NCBI GenBank assembly: GCA_964617645.1
Contig: CAZTYE010000005.1
Location: forward strand, 73,350 to 137,349
Direction: 5' to 3'
Length of the DNA: 64,000 nucleotides
From: an uncultured Ignavibacteria bacterium
GTDB lineage: Bacteria; Zixibacteria; MSB-5A5; CAIYYT01
The notes under the pieces are model-generated. The model was not told the origin of the DNA. It saw only the letters and a list, made by a program, of their open reading frames with translations, and did no database searches. Both the position numbers and the translations under genes were made by a program. This document shows positions 20,510-29,448 of the stretch, in pieces. The stretch's first letter is position 1; each line of letters starts with the position of its first letter.

Positions 20510-20995
20510 ATATCCTAAGGTGCTCGAGCTAACCCACGTTAAGGAACTAGGCAAAGTGGCCCCGTAACTTCGGAAGAAGGGGTGCTCCTAAGTAGGTGTA
20601 GCGTACAGCGAAGCCGAATGGAGTCACAGTAAAGAGGCCTGGGTGACTGTTTACTAAAAACACATGTCTCTGCTAAGCCGTAAGGCGACGTATAGGGACT
20701 GACACCTGCCCGGTGCTGGAAGGTTAAGAGGAGGGGTCAGCTTTGATTTATCATTGCGAAGCTCTGAATCGAAGCCCCAGTAAACGGCGGCCGTAACTAT
20801 AACGGTTCGAAAACGTTCCTTTCTTTCGATTCGCGATCCTTAATTCATCGGCTTTCAGCAATGAAAGCTTGTGATTATGGGCCGTTACAAAATCCGGCTA
20901 TATGCTGGAAACTCCGTGTATCTGACGCTACCCCGCCTTGGCGGGGTGACAATGCGCTCAGTGCGGACAACCAGCAGGAAAGATCAAGTCAGCTT

Positions 20996-21039
20996 GGGTG
21001 CCCCACAGACCTGTCCCGCTTTGCGGGATTGCGGTGGGA
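20996..21039. repeat. Hairpin repeat family B, copy inside the 23S insertion
   Basis: GGGTGCCCCACAGACCTGTCCCGCTTTGCGGGATTGCGGTGGGA, with nested inverted repeats CCACAG/CGGTGG and TCCCGC/GCGGGA. Confidence 0.7.
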
Positions 21040-21092
21040 AAACGTAAGCTGCTCGATATCCTCAGAGACTGTACGCCGGACGGATTTTCTCG

Positions 21093-21124
21093 GGTGCCCC
21101 ACAGCTTGCTGTGGGGTCAATGAG
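21093..21124. repeat. Hairpin repeat family A, copy inside the 23S insertion
   Basis: GGTGCCCCACAGCTTGCTGTGGGG, palindrome CCCACAG-CTTG-CTGTGGG. Confidence 0.7.
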
Positions 21125-21264
21125 AGATCTAAAGATACAGTCCGAACTTCATGGCGACATGAAGAGTGCGGCAGAAATGACCGCACCCATTGCCTCGATC
21201 CGAACATCGGTCAAGTGATAGAGACGCTTGACCACAAACGTGATCTTGCATTGAGTAACAACTG

Positions 21265-21320
<56 letters not shown>

Positions 21321-21573
21321 AACTTGGGCGCTGTCTCAACGTGGGACTCGGTGAAACTGTAGCAGCGGTGAAGATGCCGCTTACCCGCATCGGGACGAAA
21401 AGACCCCGTGGACCTTTACTATAACCTGGCATTGGTATTTGGACGGGCATGTAGAGCATAGGTGGGAGGCTTTGAAGCTGGGGCGCTAGCCTCGGTGGAG
21501 CCATCAGTGGAATACCACCCTTGTTCTTTCGGATATCTAACCTTGACCCCTGAATCGGGGTGAGGAACACTGC

Positions 21574-21606
<33 letters not shown>

Positions 21607-21824
21607 CAAAGAGTAACGGAGGCGTACAAAGGTTGACTCAGGCTGTTTGGTAATCAGCTGTAGAGCGCAAGGGTATAAGTCAGCTTAACTGCGAGACGTA
21701 CATGTCGAGCAGGTACGAAAGTAGGTCCTAGTGATCCGGCGGTTGTGCGTGGAAATGCCGTCGCTTAACGGATAAAAGGTACCCCGGGGATAACAGGCTG
21801 ATCTCCTCCGAGAGTTCACATCGA

Positions 21825-21888
<64 letters not shown>

Positions 21889-22327
21889 CTGGCTGTTCGC
21901 CAGTTAAAGTGGTACGTGAGCTGGGTTTAGAACGTCGTGAGACAGTTCGGTCTCTATCTGATGCGGGCGTAGGAGATTTGCGGGGAGTTGACCCTAGTAC
22001 GAGAGGACCAGGTCGAACGGACCGCCAGTAGACCAGTTGTCGCGCCAGCGGCATGGCTGGGTAGCTGTGTCCGGTAGGGATAAGCGCTGAAGGCATCTAA
22101 GTGCCAAGCCCACCCCAAGATTAGATCTCCCTGACGTAAGTCCTAAAGGCTCCTGGAAGATGACCAGGTGATAGGTCACAGATGCAAGCGCTGCGAGGCG
22201 TTCAGTCGAGTGATACTAATTGGCCGTGAGACTTGATCTATAAATTTGTCGGCGGGGCGAGAGCATCAAACTCACCCCATCCCGATAAATCTTGATCCAA
22301 GTACGTCAAACTCTTCGGTGGCCCACA

Positions 22328-22349
22328 GCTTGCTGTGGGAAATTCGAAG
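22328..22349. repeat. Family A hairpin in the 23S–5S spacer
   Basis: CTTCGGTGGCCCACAGCTTGCTGTGGG. Confidence 0.7.
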
Positions 22350-22461
22350 GTTCAAGGGACTACAGTGATCAATCGCAATCCAAAAAGCTTCTCTGATCGC
22401 GTTGCTTCGATCCACATCGGCTTCTGATATTTGGTGATAAATTTCGCCATCCTTTCCGACT

Positions 22462-22575
22462 TGTCATTCCGGCGAAAGCCGGAATCCAGGTTTCGCCCGT
22501 CATTCCCGCGCAGGTTGAGCGCGACGAAATCCCGCGCTTCAGCGGGACGGGAATCCAGCGGAGTCGGGAAGAGAA
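22462..22575. repeat. Composite RS3-like stem-loop repeat (family E variant) in the 23S–5S spacer
   Basis: GTCATTCCGGCGAAAGCCGGAATCC...CATTCCCGCGCAGG...CCCGCGCTTCAGCGGGACGGGAATCCAGCGG. Related to the units at 61.7 and 63.1 kb, with the first module inverted. Confidence 0.6.
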
Positions 22576-22591
22576 TAGGCAACCGAATTTT

Positions 22592-22707
<116 letters not shown>

Positions 22708-22716
22708 TAAATGACA

Positions 22717-22748
22717 AAACCCCTGCTTGGAAACGAGCCGGGGTTTTT
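22717..22748 (+). terminator. Intrinsic terminator of the rRNA unit
   Basis: AAAACCCCTGCTTGGAAACGAGCCGGGG hairpin followed by TTTTT. Confidence 0.6.
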
Positions 22749-22785
22749 GGTTTGCGGTTTTGATGACCCCCGATATATTTGGAAC

Positions 22786-23085
22786 ATGACACCGAAAATT
22801 GCCATTCCGCAGGCGCAGATCGAGGACTTCTGCCGCCGGCATCACATCAAACGCCTCGCGTTGTTTGGATCCGTGTTGCGCGACGACTTCACGCCCGAAA
22901 GCGACGTCGATGTGCTGGTCGTCTTTGAGGAGGGTAAAACGCCGGGATTGGAATTCATCACCATGCAAGATGAACTTTCGGAGCTGCTTGGGCGCAAGGT
23001 CGATCTGAACACCGAGCAGTCCCTGAGTCCCTATTTCAAGAAACGTGTGTTGAACAGCCTGATGGTGCTCCATGAGCGAACGTGA
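22786..23085 (+). CDS. Nucleotidyltransferase-domain protein, MntA-type antitoxin
   Basis: Using the internal ATG at 22786 avoids overlap with the rRNA terminator. GS-x9-DxD motif (LFGSVLRDDFTPESDVDVLVVF) and typical ~100-aa size. Confidence 0.7.
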   Translation: MTPKIAIPQAQIEDFCRRHHIKRLALFGSVLRDDFTPESDVDVLVVFEEGKTPGLEFITMQDELSELLGRKVDLNTEQSLSPYFKKRVLNSLMVLHERT

Positions 23086-23225
23086 CGAATACACTCCAAA
23101 GCGCGAAACCAGGCGCTTTCCAAACCAGTACTAATCCACCGTGCCCGATCGTAACTCGGGTTTCTACTGCTCCTAACTCGTCGACAATATATCACCTCCG
23201 TTCAATCGCTTTCCGCACGAATGCT

Positions 23226-23353
23226 CCCTCAAACAGTTACGGTCGTGCAATCGTAGGAGTCTTCATAGAGGAAATAAGTCCACAAATTCTCGCGCGGTCG
23301 GGAATCCTTTCCCGACCGTTGCGTGTGCCGTCAGGATCGGAATCCTGACGGCG
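23226..23353. repeat. Composite repeat X+C, upstream flank of the dockerin-protein gene
   Basis: Module X: CCCTCAAACAGTTACGG...TCTTCATAGAGGAAATAAGTCCACAAATTC. Module C: GCGCGGTCGGGAATCCTTTCCCGACCGTTGCGTGTGCCGTCAGGATCGGAATCCTGACGGCG. Confidence 0.7.
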
Positions 23354-23365
23354 CATCGTTGCCGC

Positions 23366-23417
23366 GGGTGCCCCACCGACCTGTCCCGCCCTGCGGGATT
23401 GCGGTGGGATTAGACTC
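23366..23417. repeat. Family B hairpin repeat
   Basis: GGGTGCCCCACCGACCTGTCCCGCCCTGCGGGATTGCGGTGGGATTAGACTC. Confidence 0.7.
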
Positions 23418-24054
23418 CCGTGCGTGATACGCGTCGCCGTCTGCCACAGCGCGTACTACGGAAGATGTTGGCCCACGAGAGCGTACGTCAATCACGCGTG
23501 CGCCTTTGGCGCATTGTTCGACAGCGGTCGAACCCACAGAAGCCCAGCCGGAAGGTCAAGCCCTTGCGGGGCTTATCACCCAAGTTAGTACTTTCAAAAT
23601 CACTCCAATAAAATGTACAAAAAAGTACTTGACCTGAATCGACCGATGTAGTAGTCTTTCACAACGCAATCGAAACATTTCGAGACTAAAATTCTTAGTC
23701 AAAAAACGATCTAAGAACTGCACTGCTGCAATTGACTCTCATCCCGCGAAAAGATCGTGGATAGGTGTAGGGATATTGTTGCTCCGATCGCTGTTAAACG
23801 CGAGTTGTCGGGTGACTGGGCCTGCATTCACAAAGCCACGCGCAGCGAGTGCTCAGGCCGTGGAGTTGAAATACAGCCGGTTTCAGGACGACCTAATCAA
23901 CTCGGAAATGCCGGACCGATGATAATTACCTGCAGCGCAACCTCAGCCGAAGAACTATCCGGGACGACCGGACAGAAATGGGAGGTAAGAGAGAGTTTGC
24001 ATTACATCGTACGTTGACAACGACCTACTATGGAACTGAACCACATGGGAGAAC

Positions 24055-26388
24055 ATGCTCATGAAAACGTTGTTAAGAATTGTCCCTGTTGCATTGACTC
24101 TTCTTTGGTACATCGGTACATCTGCCAAGAGCGGAACGGACTCGCCGGCGCCTCAGGGATCGCTGCTCAATCATGCCGAGATGTCGCGGTCGCCTCACGA
24201 GGATCATGGCAGCACGTTTCGGTCGACGACATCGAATCTTGCGTCGACATGTTCGACGCAGAATTATCTCGCAGGCCCACTGACATATTTCTGGACCATT
24301 CCGAGTGATCAAGGTGCATACACCGAATTAGCTATGCGTTTTAGCACGGTCGCAGACGACACTCTAAAGGAAGTGAGTGTTGCCATTTACGACCAGGGCA
24401 ACGGCCAGTTCGGGAATGACACAATCTACATTAAAATCTACGCAGACAATCTCGGGCTTCCGGGTACATTGCTCGATACGAAAGCCGTGGCGCCGGGAGC
24501 GTATCCGGCATTTCCTGGCCGTCTGACCGTTACTTATGTCGCCGGTCCGGTGCTGTACGCTGACTTCCACGTCGGAGTCAGCACGAGTGCGCTTCAGCCC
24601 TTTCTGTGGGAGTCAATCTTATCTGACAATAAGCTCTTGGGAAACGACCGGTCCTCTTACAAGCAAAGCGGAGTCTGGGAGCCGTTCTCTCCAGGGAATC
24701 AAGACGACCCCAATTTCGACATAGCGGTCGTCACTTGTCGTACCGCGGGCCCATTCACAGGATCAATTATCGGTAAGAAGTTCTATGACGAGAACCGAAA
24801 TGGTGTAGAGGATCCGGGCGAGCCGGGACTGCAGAACTTCAAGATCGAGGCACGCAAGGAGGGTGTACCCGGTGTGTACGACACAAAATTCACCGATATC
24901 GACGGCATCTACTTGTTCGAGAACCTGCCATATGGAAATTACTACATTAGTGAGGACTTATCGTCGCTTCCGGGATGGACACAGACTGCGCCATCCAGTG
25001 TCGGGGGATTCGTCGAAGTCAGGGAAGATCAAGGTTATTTCGGTCCCGATTTCGGCAACGATTCGGCGAGTTGTCTCTTTCCGTATTTTGTCGACTTTGA
25101 TTCGTGTCTGAATGGCACACAGGACGGATTCGCAGGGCCTGAGCCGGCCTCGCCGACCGGCACTCTATTACTTCATATGTATGGCGTAAGTACCGGGGCC
25201 CTGACTGCTTTTGACGCGATCGCTGATAAGAAGTGCTTCGGACATACGCTGCGATGTTGGGACTCGACTTGCATGGTGATCAGCGCGACGTTGACCATGC
25301 ACATCCGGGCAACGGCAGCGTCTTGTGAATCCGACGTGTTCCAGCTTGGCGATTTCATAGCTGGTGGGCCGGGTGTGATCTGGAGCATACCGGTTCGTGA
25401 GTTGATCCCTTTCTCAGTCGGGACTCCTCAGGACGGAAGCTGGAATCTAAACGATGATATGACTTTCGTGCTTGATCTGGCCAACTTGCCGGCGACTGCG
25501 GGAGCTATCGGACCGCGCAATATATTGGCGGCGATGCATGATGGCAATCTCGATGTGCTCTTGTACGATGACACCATGGTTGACTACATATTACTCGAGG
25601 TCATTCGCTGCTGCAGTAATCCGTGCGAACAGGATACCTTGTTCATCAACAGCGGTTTTAACCAGCTGAAGGAGCTCGTACTGGCGCCGGGAACTGTCGA
25701 TGCGGAGTGGAAGGTTACCAAGGAATACGGCGCTGCGGTCAGCCCGCCTCGCGCCGCCTTCGTAGTCCAGAATGATCCGGCGTGGAACGCTGCTCAGCCA
25801 CAAAGTCAGTGGCTGACATCGTTCATCAAGACTGGTGACCCCACTTTGCCTTCCCCTGCTTCGTGGCCGGGCGAGTACGATTTTGAATACGAGTTCTGCC
25901 TTGACTCGGGTTTTACGAATCCGCGACTTGCCATCGAGATGATTTCGGATAATGCCGCGTCCGTTCTCTTGAATGGGCACTCGATTGGGTCAACCGCATG
26001 GAATTCCTATTCGCAGCCTCCCGTTGCGATAGTCACCTTTAATGCGGCGAACTTCAAAGTCGGTCGCAATAGACTTGTGATCAAGGTTGACAACACAGAA
26101 CCGGCGGATAGCCCGGTCGGCATCGATCTTGTCGGCTGGGTGACCGCTGATGGTTTCAGTGTTGGACAGGACAGCTGTTGTTGTAAATGTGGCGATGCAA
26201 ATGGCGACGGGAATGTCAGTATCGCCGATGCCGTTTACATGATACAGTACATATTTGGCGGCGGTCCTGCGCCGTGTCTTGGCGCGGGCGATGTAAACTG
26301 CGATGGAACGGTCTCTATTGCCGACGTGGTATATATTATCAATTACATTTTTGGCAGCGGGCCCGCACCCTGCGCAAACTGCAAATAG
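24055..26388 (+). CDS. Secreted protein with an SdrD-B/Cna-B-like domain and a C-terminal type-I dockerin repeat pair
   Basis: Signal peptide MLMKTLLRIVPVALTLLWYIGTSAKS. GSIIGKKFYDENRNGVEDPGEPGLQNF...DIDGIYLFENLPYGNYYI. C-terminus CGDANGDGNVSIADAVYMIQYIFGGGPAPC...GDVNCDGTVSIADVVYIINYIFGSGPAPC. Confidence 0.7.
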   Translation: MLMKTLLRIVPVALTLLWYIGTSAKSGTDSPAPQGSLLNHAEMSRSPHEDHGSTFRSTTSNLASTCSTQNYLAGPLTYFWTIPSDQGAYTELAMRFSTVADDTLKEVSVAIYDQGNGQFGNDTIYIKIYADNLGLPGTLLDTKAVAPGAYPAFPGRLTVTYVAGPVLYADFHVGVSTSALQPFLWESILSDNKLLGNDRSSYKQSGVWEPFSPGNQDDPNFDIAVVTCRTAGPFTGSIIGKKFYDENRNGVEDPGEPGLQNFKIEARKEGVPGVYDTKFTDIDGIYLFENLPYGNYYISEDLSSLPGWTQTAPSSVGGFVEVREDQGYFGPDFGNDSASCLFPYFVDFDSCLNGTQDGFAGPEPASPTGTLLLHMYGVSTGALTAFDAIADKKCFGHTLRCWDSTCMVISATLTMHIRATAASCESDVFQLGDFIAGGPGVIWSIPVRELIPFSVGTPQDGSWNLNDDMTFVLDLANLPATAGAIGPRNILAAMHDGNLDVLLYDDTMVDYILLEVIRCCSNPCEQDTLFINSGFNQLKELVLAPGTVDAEWKVTKEYGAAVSPPRAAFVVQNDPAWNAAQPQSQWLTSFIKTGDPTLPSPASWPGEYDFEYEFCLDSGFTNPRLAIEMISDNAASVLLNGHSIGSTAWNSYSQPPVAIVTFNAANFKVGRNRLVIKVDNTEPADSPVGIDLVGWVTADGFSVGQDSCCCKCGDANGDGNVSIADAVYMIQYIFGGGPAPCLGAGDVNCDGTVSIADVVYIINYIFGSGPAPCANCK

Positions 26389-26404
26389 TCGATTCCATCT
26401 TTCT

Positions 26405-26549
26405 TGCGCGGTCGGGAATCCTTTCCCGACCGCTGCATGTGCCGACGGGATCGGCGTCCTGGCGACGCGTTGTTGCGCGGGTGTTCCCTCAAACAGCTAC
26501 TGCCGTCCACTCGTAGAAGTCTTCATAGAGGAAATAAGTCCACAAATTC
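26405..26549. repeat. Composite repeat C+X, downstream flank of the dockerin-protein gene; same modules as 23226..23353 in swapped order
   Basis: GCGCGGTCGGGAATCCTTTCCCGACCGCTGCATGTGCCGACGGGATCGGCGTCCTGGCGACG, then CCCTCAAACAGCTACTGCCG...TCTTCATAGAGGAAATAAGTCCACAAATTC. Confidence 0.7.
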
Positions 26550-26577
26550 AAGCATAACTCGACGGAAGGAGTTTGTC

Positions 26578-27093
26578 ATGAGAGCAAGGCATGCAGCCAA
26601 GCCGCTACTACTTATTGCGCTGATTTCATTACTATGCGCAGGACTTTGGTCTTCAGTCGCCGCGCAACAAAATGCGCAACCGAAACCGGCGGCTGGAAAA
26701 TCGTTGTATGACCGATTGGGCGGCGCCTACGCCATCGCAACGGTTGTCGACGACTTTATCGAAAGACTGCTGGTTAACGATGTTCTCAACGCAAATCCCG
26801 CAATCAAAGAAGCTCGCGATCGCGTTCCGAAGGCCGGACTGAAGTTTCACGTGACCACGCTGGTCTGTCAGGTCACCGGTGGCCCGGAAAAATACAGCGG
26901 CCGCTCGATGAAGGATGCGCATGCGCATCTAAACATCACCGAGACGGAATGGGCGGCAATGGCTAAAGATTTCAAGACGACACTTGAAAAGTTCAAAGTT
27001 CCCCAGAAAGAACAGGATGAGCTCTTTGCCATCGTTGGTACCACCAAGGCCGATATCGTCGTGGGTTCGACTTCGCAATCGACGAAGAAATGA
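26578..27093 (+). CDS. Group I truncated haemoglobin (2/2 Hb, trHbN-like) with an N-terminal signal peptide
   Basis: ATG at 26578 with a GGAAGGA ribosome-binding site. Signal MRARHAAKPLLLIALISLLCAGLWSSVAA. Globin core SLYDRLGGAYAIATVVDDFIERLL...FHVTTLV...YSGRSMKDAHAHLNITETEW. Confidence 0.7.
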   Translation: MRARHAAKPLLLIALISLLCAGLWSSVAAQQNAQPKPAAGKSLYDRLGGAYAIATVVDDFIERLLVNDVLNANPAIKEARDRVPKAGLKFHVTTLVCQVTGGPEKYSGRSMKDAHAHLNITETEWAAMAKDFKTTLEKFKVPQKEQDELFAIVGTTKADIVVGSTSQSTKK

Positions 27094-27250
27094 GCGGCGA
27101 AGTCTGATTACCCTAAGTCCCGTATGTCAGGAGCCCCACGCTCCTGACGCCTTACCGTAGACGCGGTTAGCGCGCGCGACCACGCGAAATTCACCCCGGC
27201 TTGACCCTTCGACTCGACTCCGAATTTCCTCTTGTCCCCACATCGTCAAC

Positions 27251-27268
27251 TTGTGATAATCATCACAA
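27251..27268. promoter_or_regulatory. 18-bp perfect palindrome TTGTGATAATCATCACAA, 20 nt upstream of dapF; candidate operator with a Fur-box-like core
   Basis: The TGATAATCATCA core resembles the central Fur-box TGATAATCATTA. Confidence 0.3.
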
Positions 27269-27288
27269 GGCGGGCAGGGAAGAGGCGT

Positions 27289-28131
27289 ATGCGCATTGCA
27301 TTCCACAAGTACCATGCCCTCGGTAACGACTTTGTAGTCATCGATCAGGCTAAACTTAACCCACGAGTTTTCGGCAAACTCGCGCGCGCCATCTGCGATC
27401 GCCACCGCGGTGTCGGCGCCGACGGTTTGCTCATCTGCCTTGTAGCGGGGAAAATACCACAGATGCGCATCATCAATGCTGACGGCTCCGAGGTCGAAAC
27501 TTCCGGCAACGGGCTACGCATCCTCGCGGCGCACTTGACCCGAACGAAGAAAGTGCGCGCGCCGCGCTTCCTGATCGAAACAATGAAAAGCGTTAGCGAA
27601 GTTCGGATTATTAGATCATCCGGCAATACTGCAACCGTCGCCGCCGCCCTACAGCCGGCCGATTTTCGCACTGCATCGCTGCCGATGAAAATTGGCACGC
27701 CGCACTTCGTCGGGCGGCCGCTGCGCACGGAAGCCGGCGATTTAATCGCCACCGCCGTTTCCGTCGGCAATCCGCATTGCGTGTTCTTCGTTGATAACTA
27801 CGACTTCGATTGGCAATCGTACGGCCGTGCGGTCGAGACCGATTCCCGATTTCCCAAGCGCGTCAATGTCGAGTTCGCGCGTGTGCGCTCACGCCGTCGG
27901 GTCGAAGTTCGGCTCTGGGAGCGCGGCGTTGGCGAAACCGATTCGTCCGGCACCGGAGCAGCGGCGGTCGTCGCCGCGGGAATCATCATGGGCCTGCTCG
28001 ATCGCCGTGTCAAAGTCGAATCGTCTGCCGGCGCTCTGGATATCTCCATCCCGACGCTGGACGCCCCGATTCAAGTCACCGGGCCGGTTACCTACATCGC
28101 TTCGGGCGAGTTTGAATATTCAACTTCGTGA
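27289..28131 (+). CDS. dapF: Diaminopimelate epimerase
   Basis: MRIAFHKYHALGNDFVVID N-terminus; second catalytic-Cys region GNGLRIL; ~280 aa. Confidence 0.9.
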   Translation: MRIAFHKYHALGNDFVVIDQAKLNPRVFGKLARAICDRHRGVGADGLLICLVAGKIPQMRIINADGSEVETSGNGLRILAAHLTRTKKVRAPRFLIETMKSVSEVRIIRSSGNTATVAAALQPADFRTASLPMKIGTPHFVGRPLRTEAGDLIATAVSVGNPHCVFFVDNYDFDWQSYGRAVETDSRFPKRVNVEFARVRSRRRVEVRLWERGVGETDSSGTGAAAVVAAGIIMGLLDRRVKVESSAGALDISIPTLDAPIQVTGPVTYIASGEFEYSTS

Positions 28132-29408
28132 AACGCATCATTGCCGACTACATCGCTGACATCAAACTGATTCAGCGCAACATTTACCTGTTCGTCGGGG
28201 GCTGTTTACTGATCGGCCTCTTGCAAGCCGCCATGTCGCTGCTGATGAATCTCTACCTCAAGGACATCGGCTACGGCGAGGCTTTTATCGGTCGCACGCT
28301 TTCGATCAACTCTCTTGGCGCCGTCGTTGCCGGATTGCCGGCTGCGTATCTCGCCGCCCGCTACAAGATTAAACCGATCCTGCTGATATCGACGGTGCTG
28401 GTCGCGGCAGCGTTCTATCTGATGGGTCATGCCGACACCGAATGGCTCATTCTCTCCGGCGCGTTTTTTTTCGGCTTCTTTACGTCCGTCCGCGGTGTGA
28501 TCTCCGCGCCCTTCATCATGCGCAACACCGGCGAGACTGAACGCATGCTGGTCTTCACGATGAATTACTCAACTTGGATGGTCGCCGCTATCATCGGTTC
28601 CTACCTCGGCGGCTGGCTGCATGATCTCTTCTACGAGTTGTATCGCGCGACCGCCGCCGCCGTTGCGCTTGAGCAGGCCGCCTATCAGGGCGCGATGACG
28701 ATCATGACCTTCATCGGCTTGCTCTCGTTGATTCCGTTTTTCTTCATCAAGGCCAAAGCCCCGGCTCCGGGTGAAGCCGCCAAAGCGTTTTCGTGGCCGA
28801 TGCTCAAGGGCAATGGCGTGCTGCTTTTCAAACTCAATCTTCCGTTCCTCTTGCTCGGTACCGGCGCTGGACTTATCATCCCGTTTCTCAATCTCTATTT
28901 TCGCAATCGCTTTCACCTCGACACGGTGCAAATTGGCGTTTACTTCTCGATTCTCAGTGTCGTCATGCTCATCGCCGTCGCCTTGGTGCCGATTCTCAAG
29001 CGCAAACTCGGCTTCATCCGCACTGTCGTCATGACCGAGATTGCGTCGATTCCATTCATGATGATCCTCTGCTTCACCGATTCCGTCAATCTGGCATTCT
29101 GGGCGTTCCTCTTTCGCGGCGCGCTGATGAACATGGGTAGTCCGGCATCGACCGGCTTCATGATGGAGGCCGTGCCGCCGGAATTGCACGGCATCATCAA
29201 TTCGCTATCCGCTACCGCCTGGACCGTCTCCTGGGCAATCACCGCCCCGATCGGCGGCGCCTCGATCGAGCGTTCCGGTTTCGTGCCGGTTTTTCTCTGG
29301 GCGATTGCGCTGTATATCGCATCCGCAGCCTCCTACTATTATTTCTTCGGTCGCGTCGAGTCGCGGCAAGAAGGGAAATGGAAACTCGACATCTCCCGCA
29401 TGCGCTAA
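28128..29408 (+). CDS. MFS transporter
   Basis: 426 aa, 12 predicted TM helices. GTG start overlaps the dapF stop. Confidence 0.8.
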   Translation: MKRIIADYIADIKLIQRNIYLFVGGCLLIGLLQAAMSLLMNLYLKDIGYGEAFIGRTLSINSLGAVVAGLPAAYLAARYKIKPILLISTVLVAAAFYLMGHADTEWLILSGAFFFGFFTSVRGVISAPFIMRNTGETERMLVFTMNYSTWMVAAIIGSYLGGWLHDLFYELYRATAAAVALEQAAYQGAMTIMTFIGLLSLIPFFFIKAKAPAPGEAAKAFSWPMLKGNGVLLFKLNLPFLLLGTGAGLIIPFLNLYFRNRFHLDTVQIGVYFSILSVVMLIAVALVPILKRKLGFIRTVVMTEIASIPFMMILCFTDSVNLAFWAFLFRGALMNMGSPASTGFMMEAVPPELHGIINSLSATAWTVSWAITAPIGGASIERSGFVPVFLWAIALYIASAASYYYFFGRVESRQEGKWKLDISRMR

Positions 29409-29448
29409 AAGCGGTTGTTCGCCGCCAAAAATCTGATATATACGACTC

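Larger units (their letters stand above)
20807..21264 (+). other. Intron-like insertion in 23S at the site homologous to E. coli ~1917; ORF-less group-I-like intron or excised intervening sequence
   Basis: The conserved 23S string ACTATAACGGT|CCTAAGGTAGCG is split by 458 nt. The upstream exon ends in T and the insert ends in G. There is no convincing ORF. The insert contains dispersed hairpin repeats B (20996..21039) and A (21093..21124). Confidence 0.5.

Noticed and set aside
23082-23348. 88-aa and 84-aa ORFs (23082..23348 and 26303..26557) that translate to similar peptides (…VFIEEISPQI…)
   Set aside because: They read across copies of repeat modules X and C. Their similarity reflects the repeated DNA, not a conserved protein.
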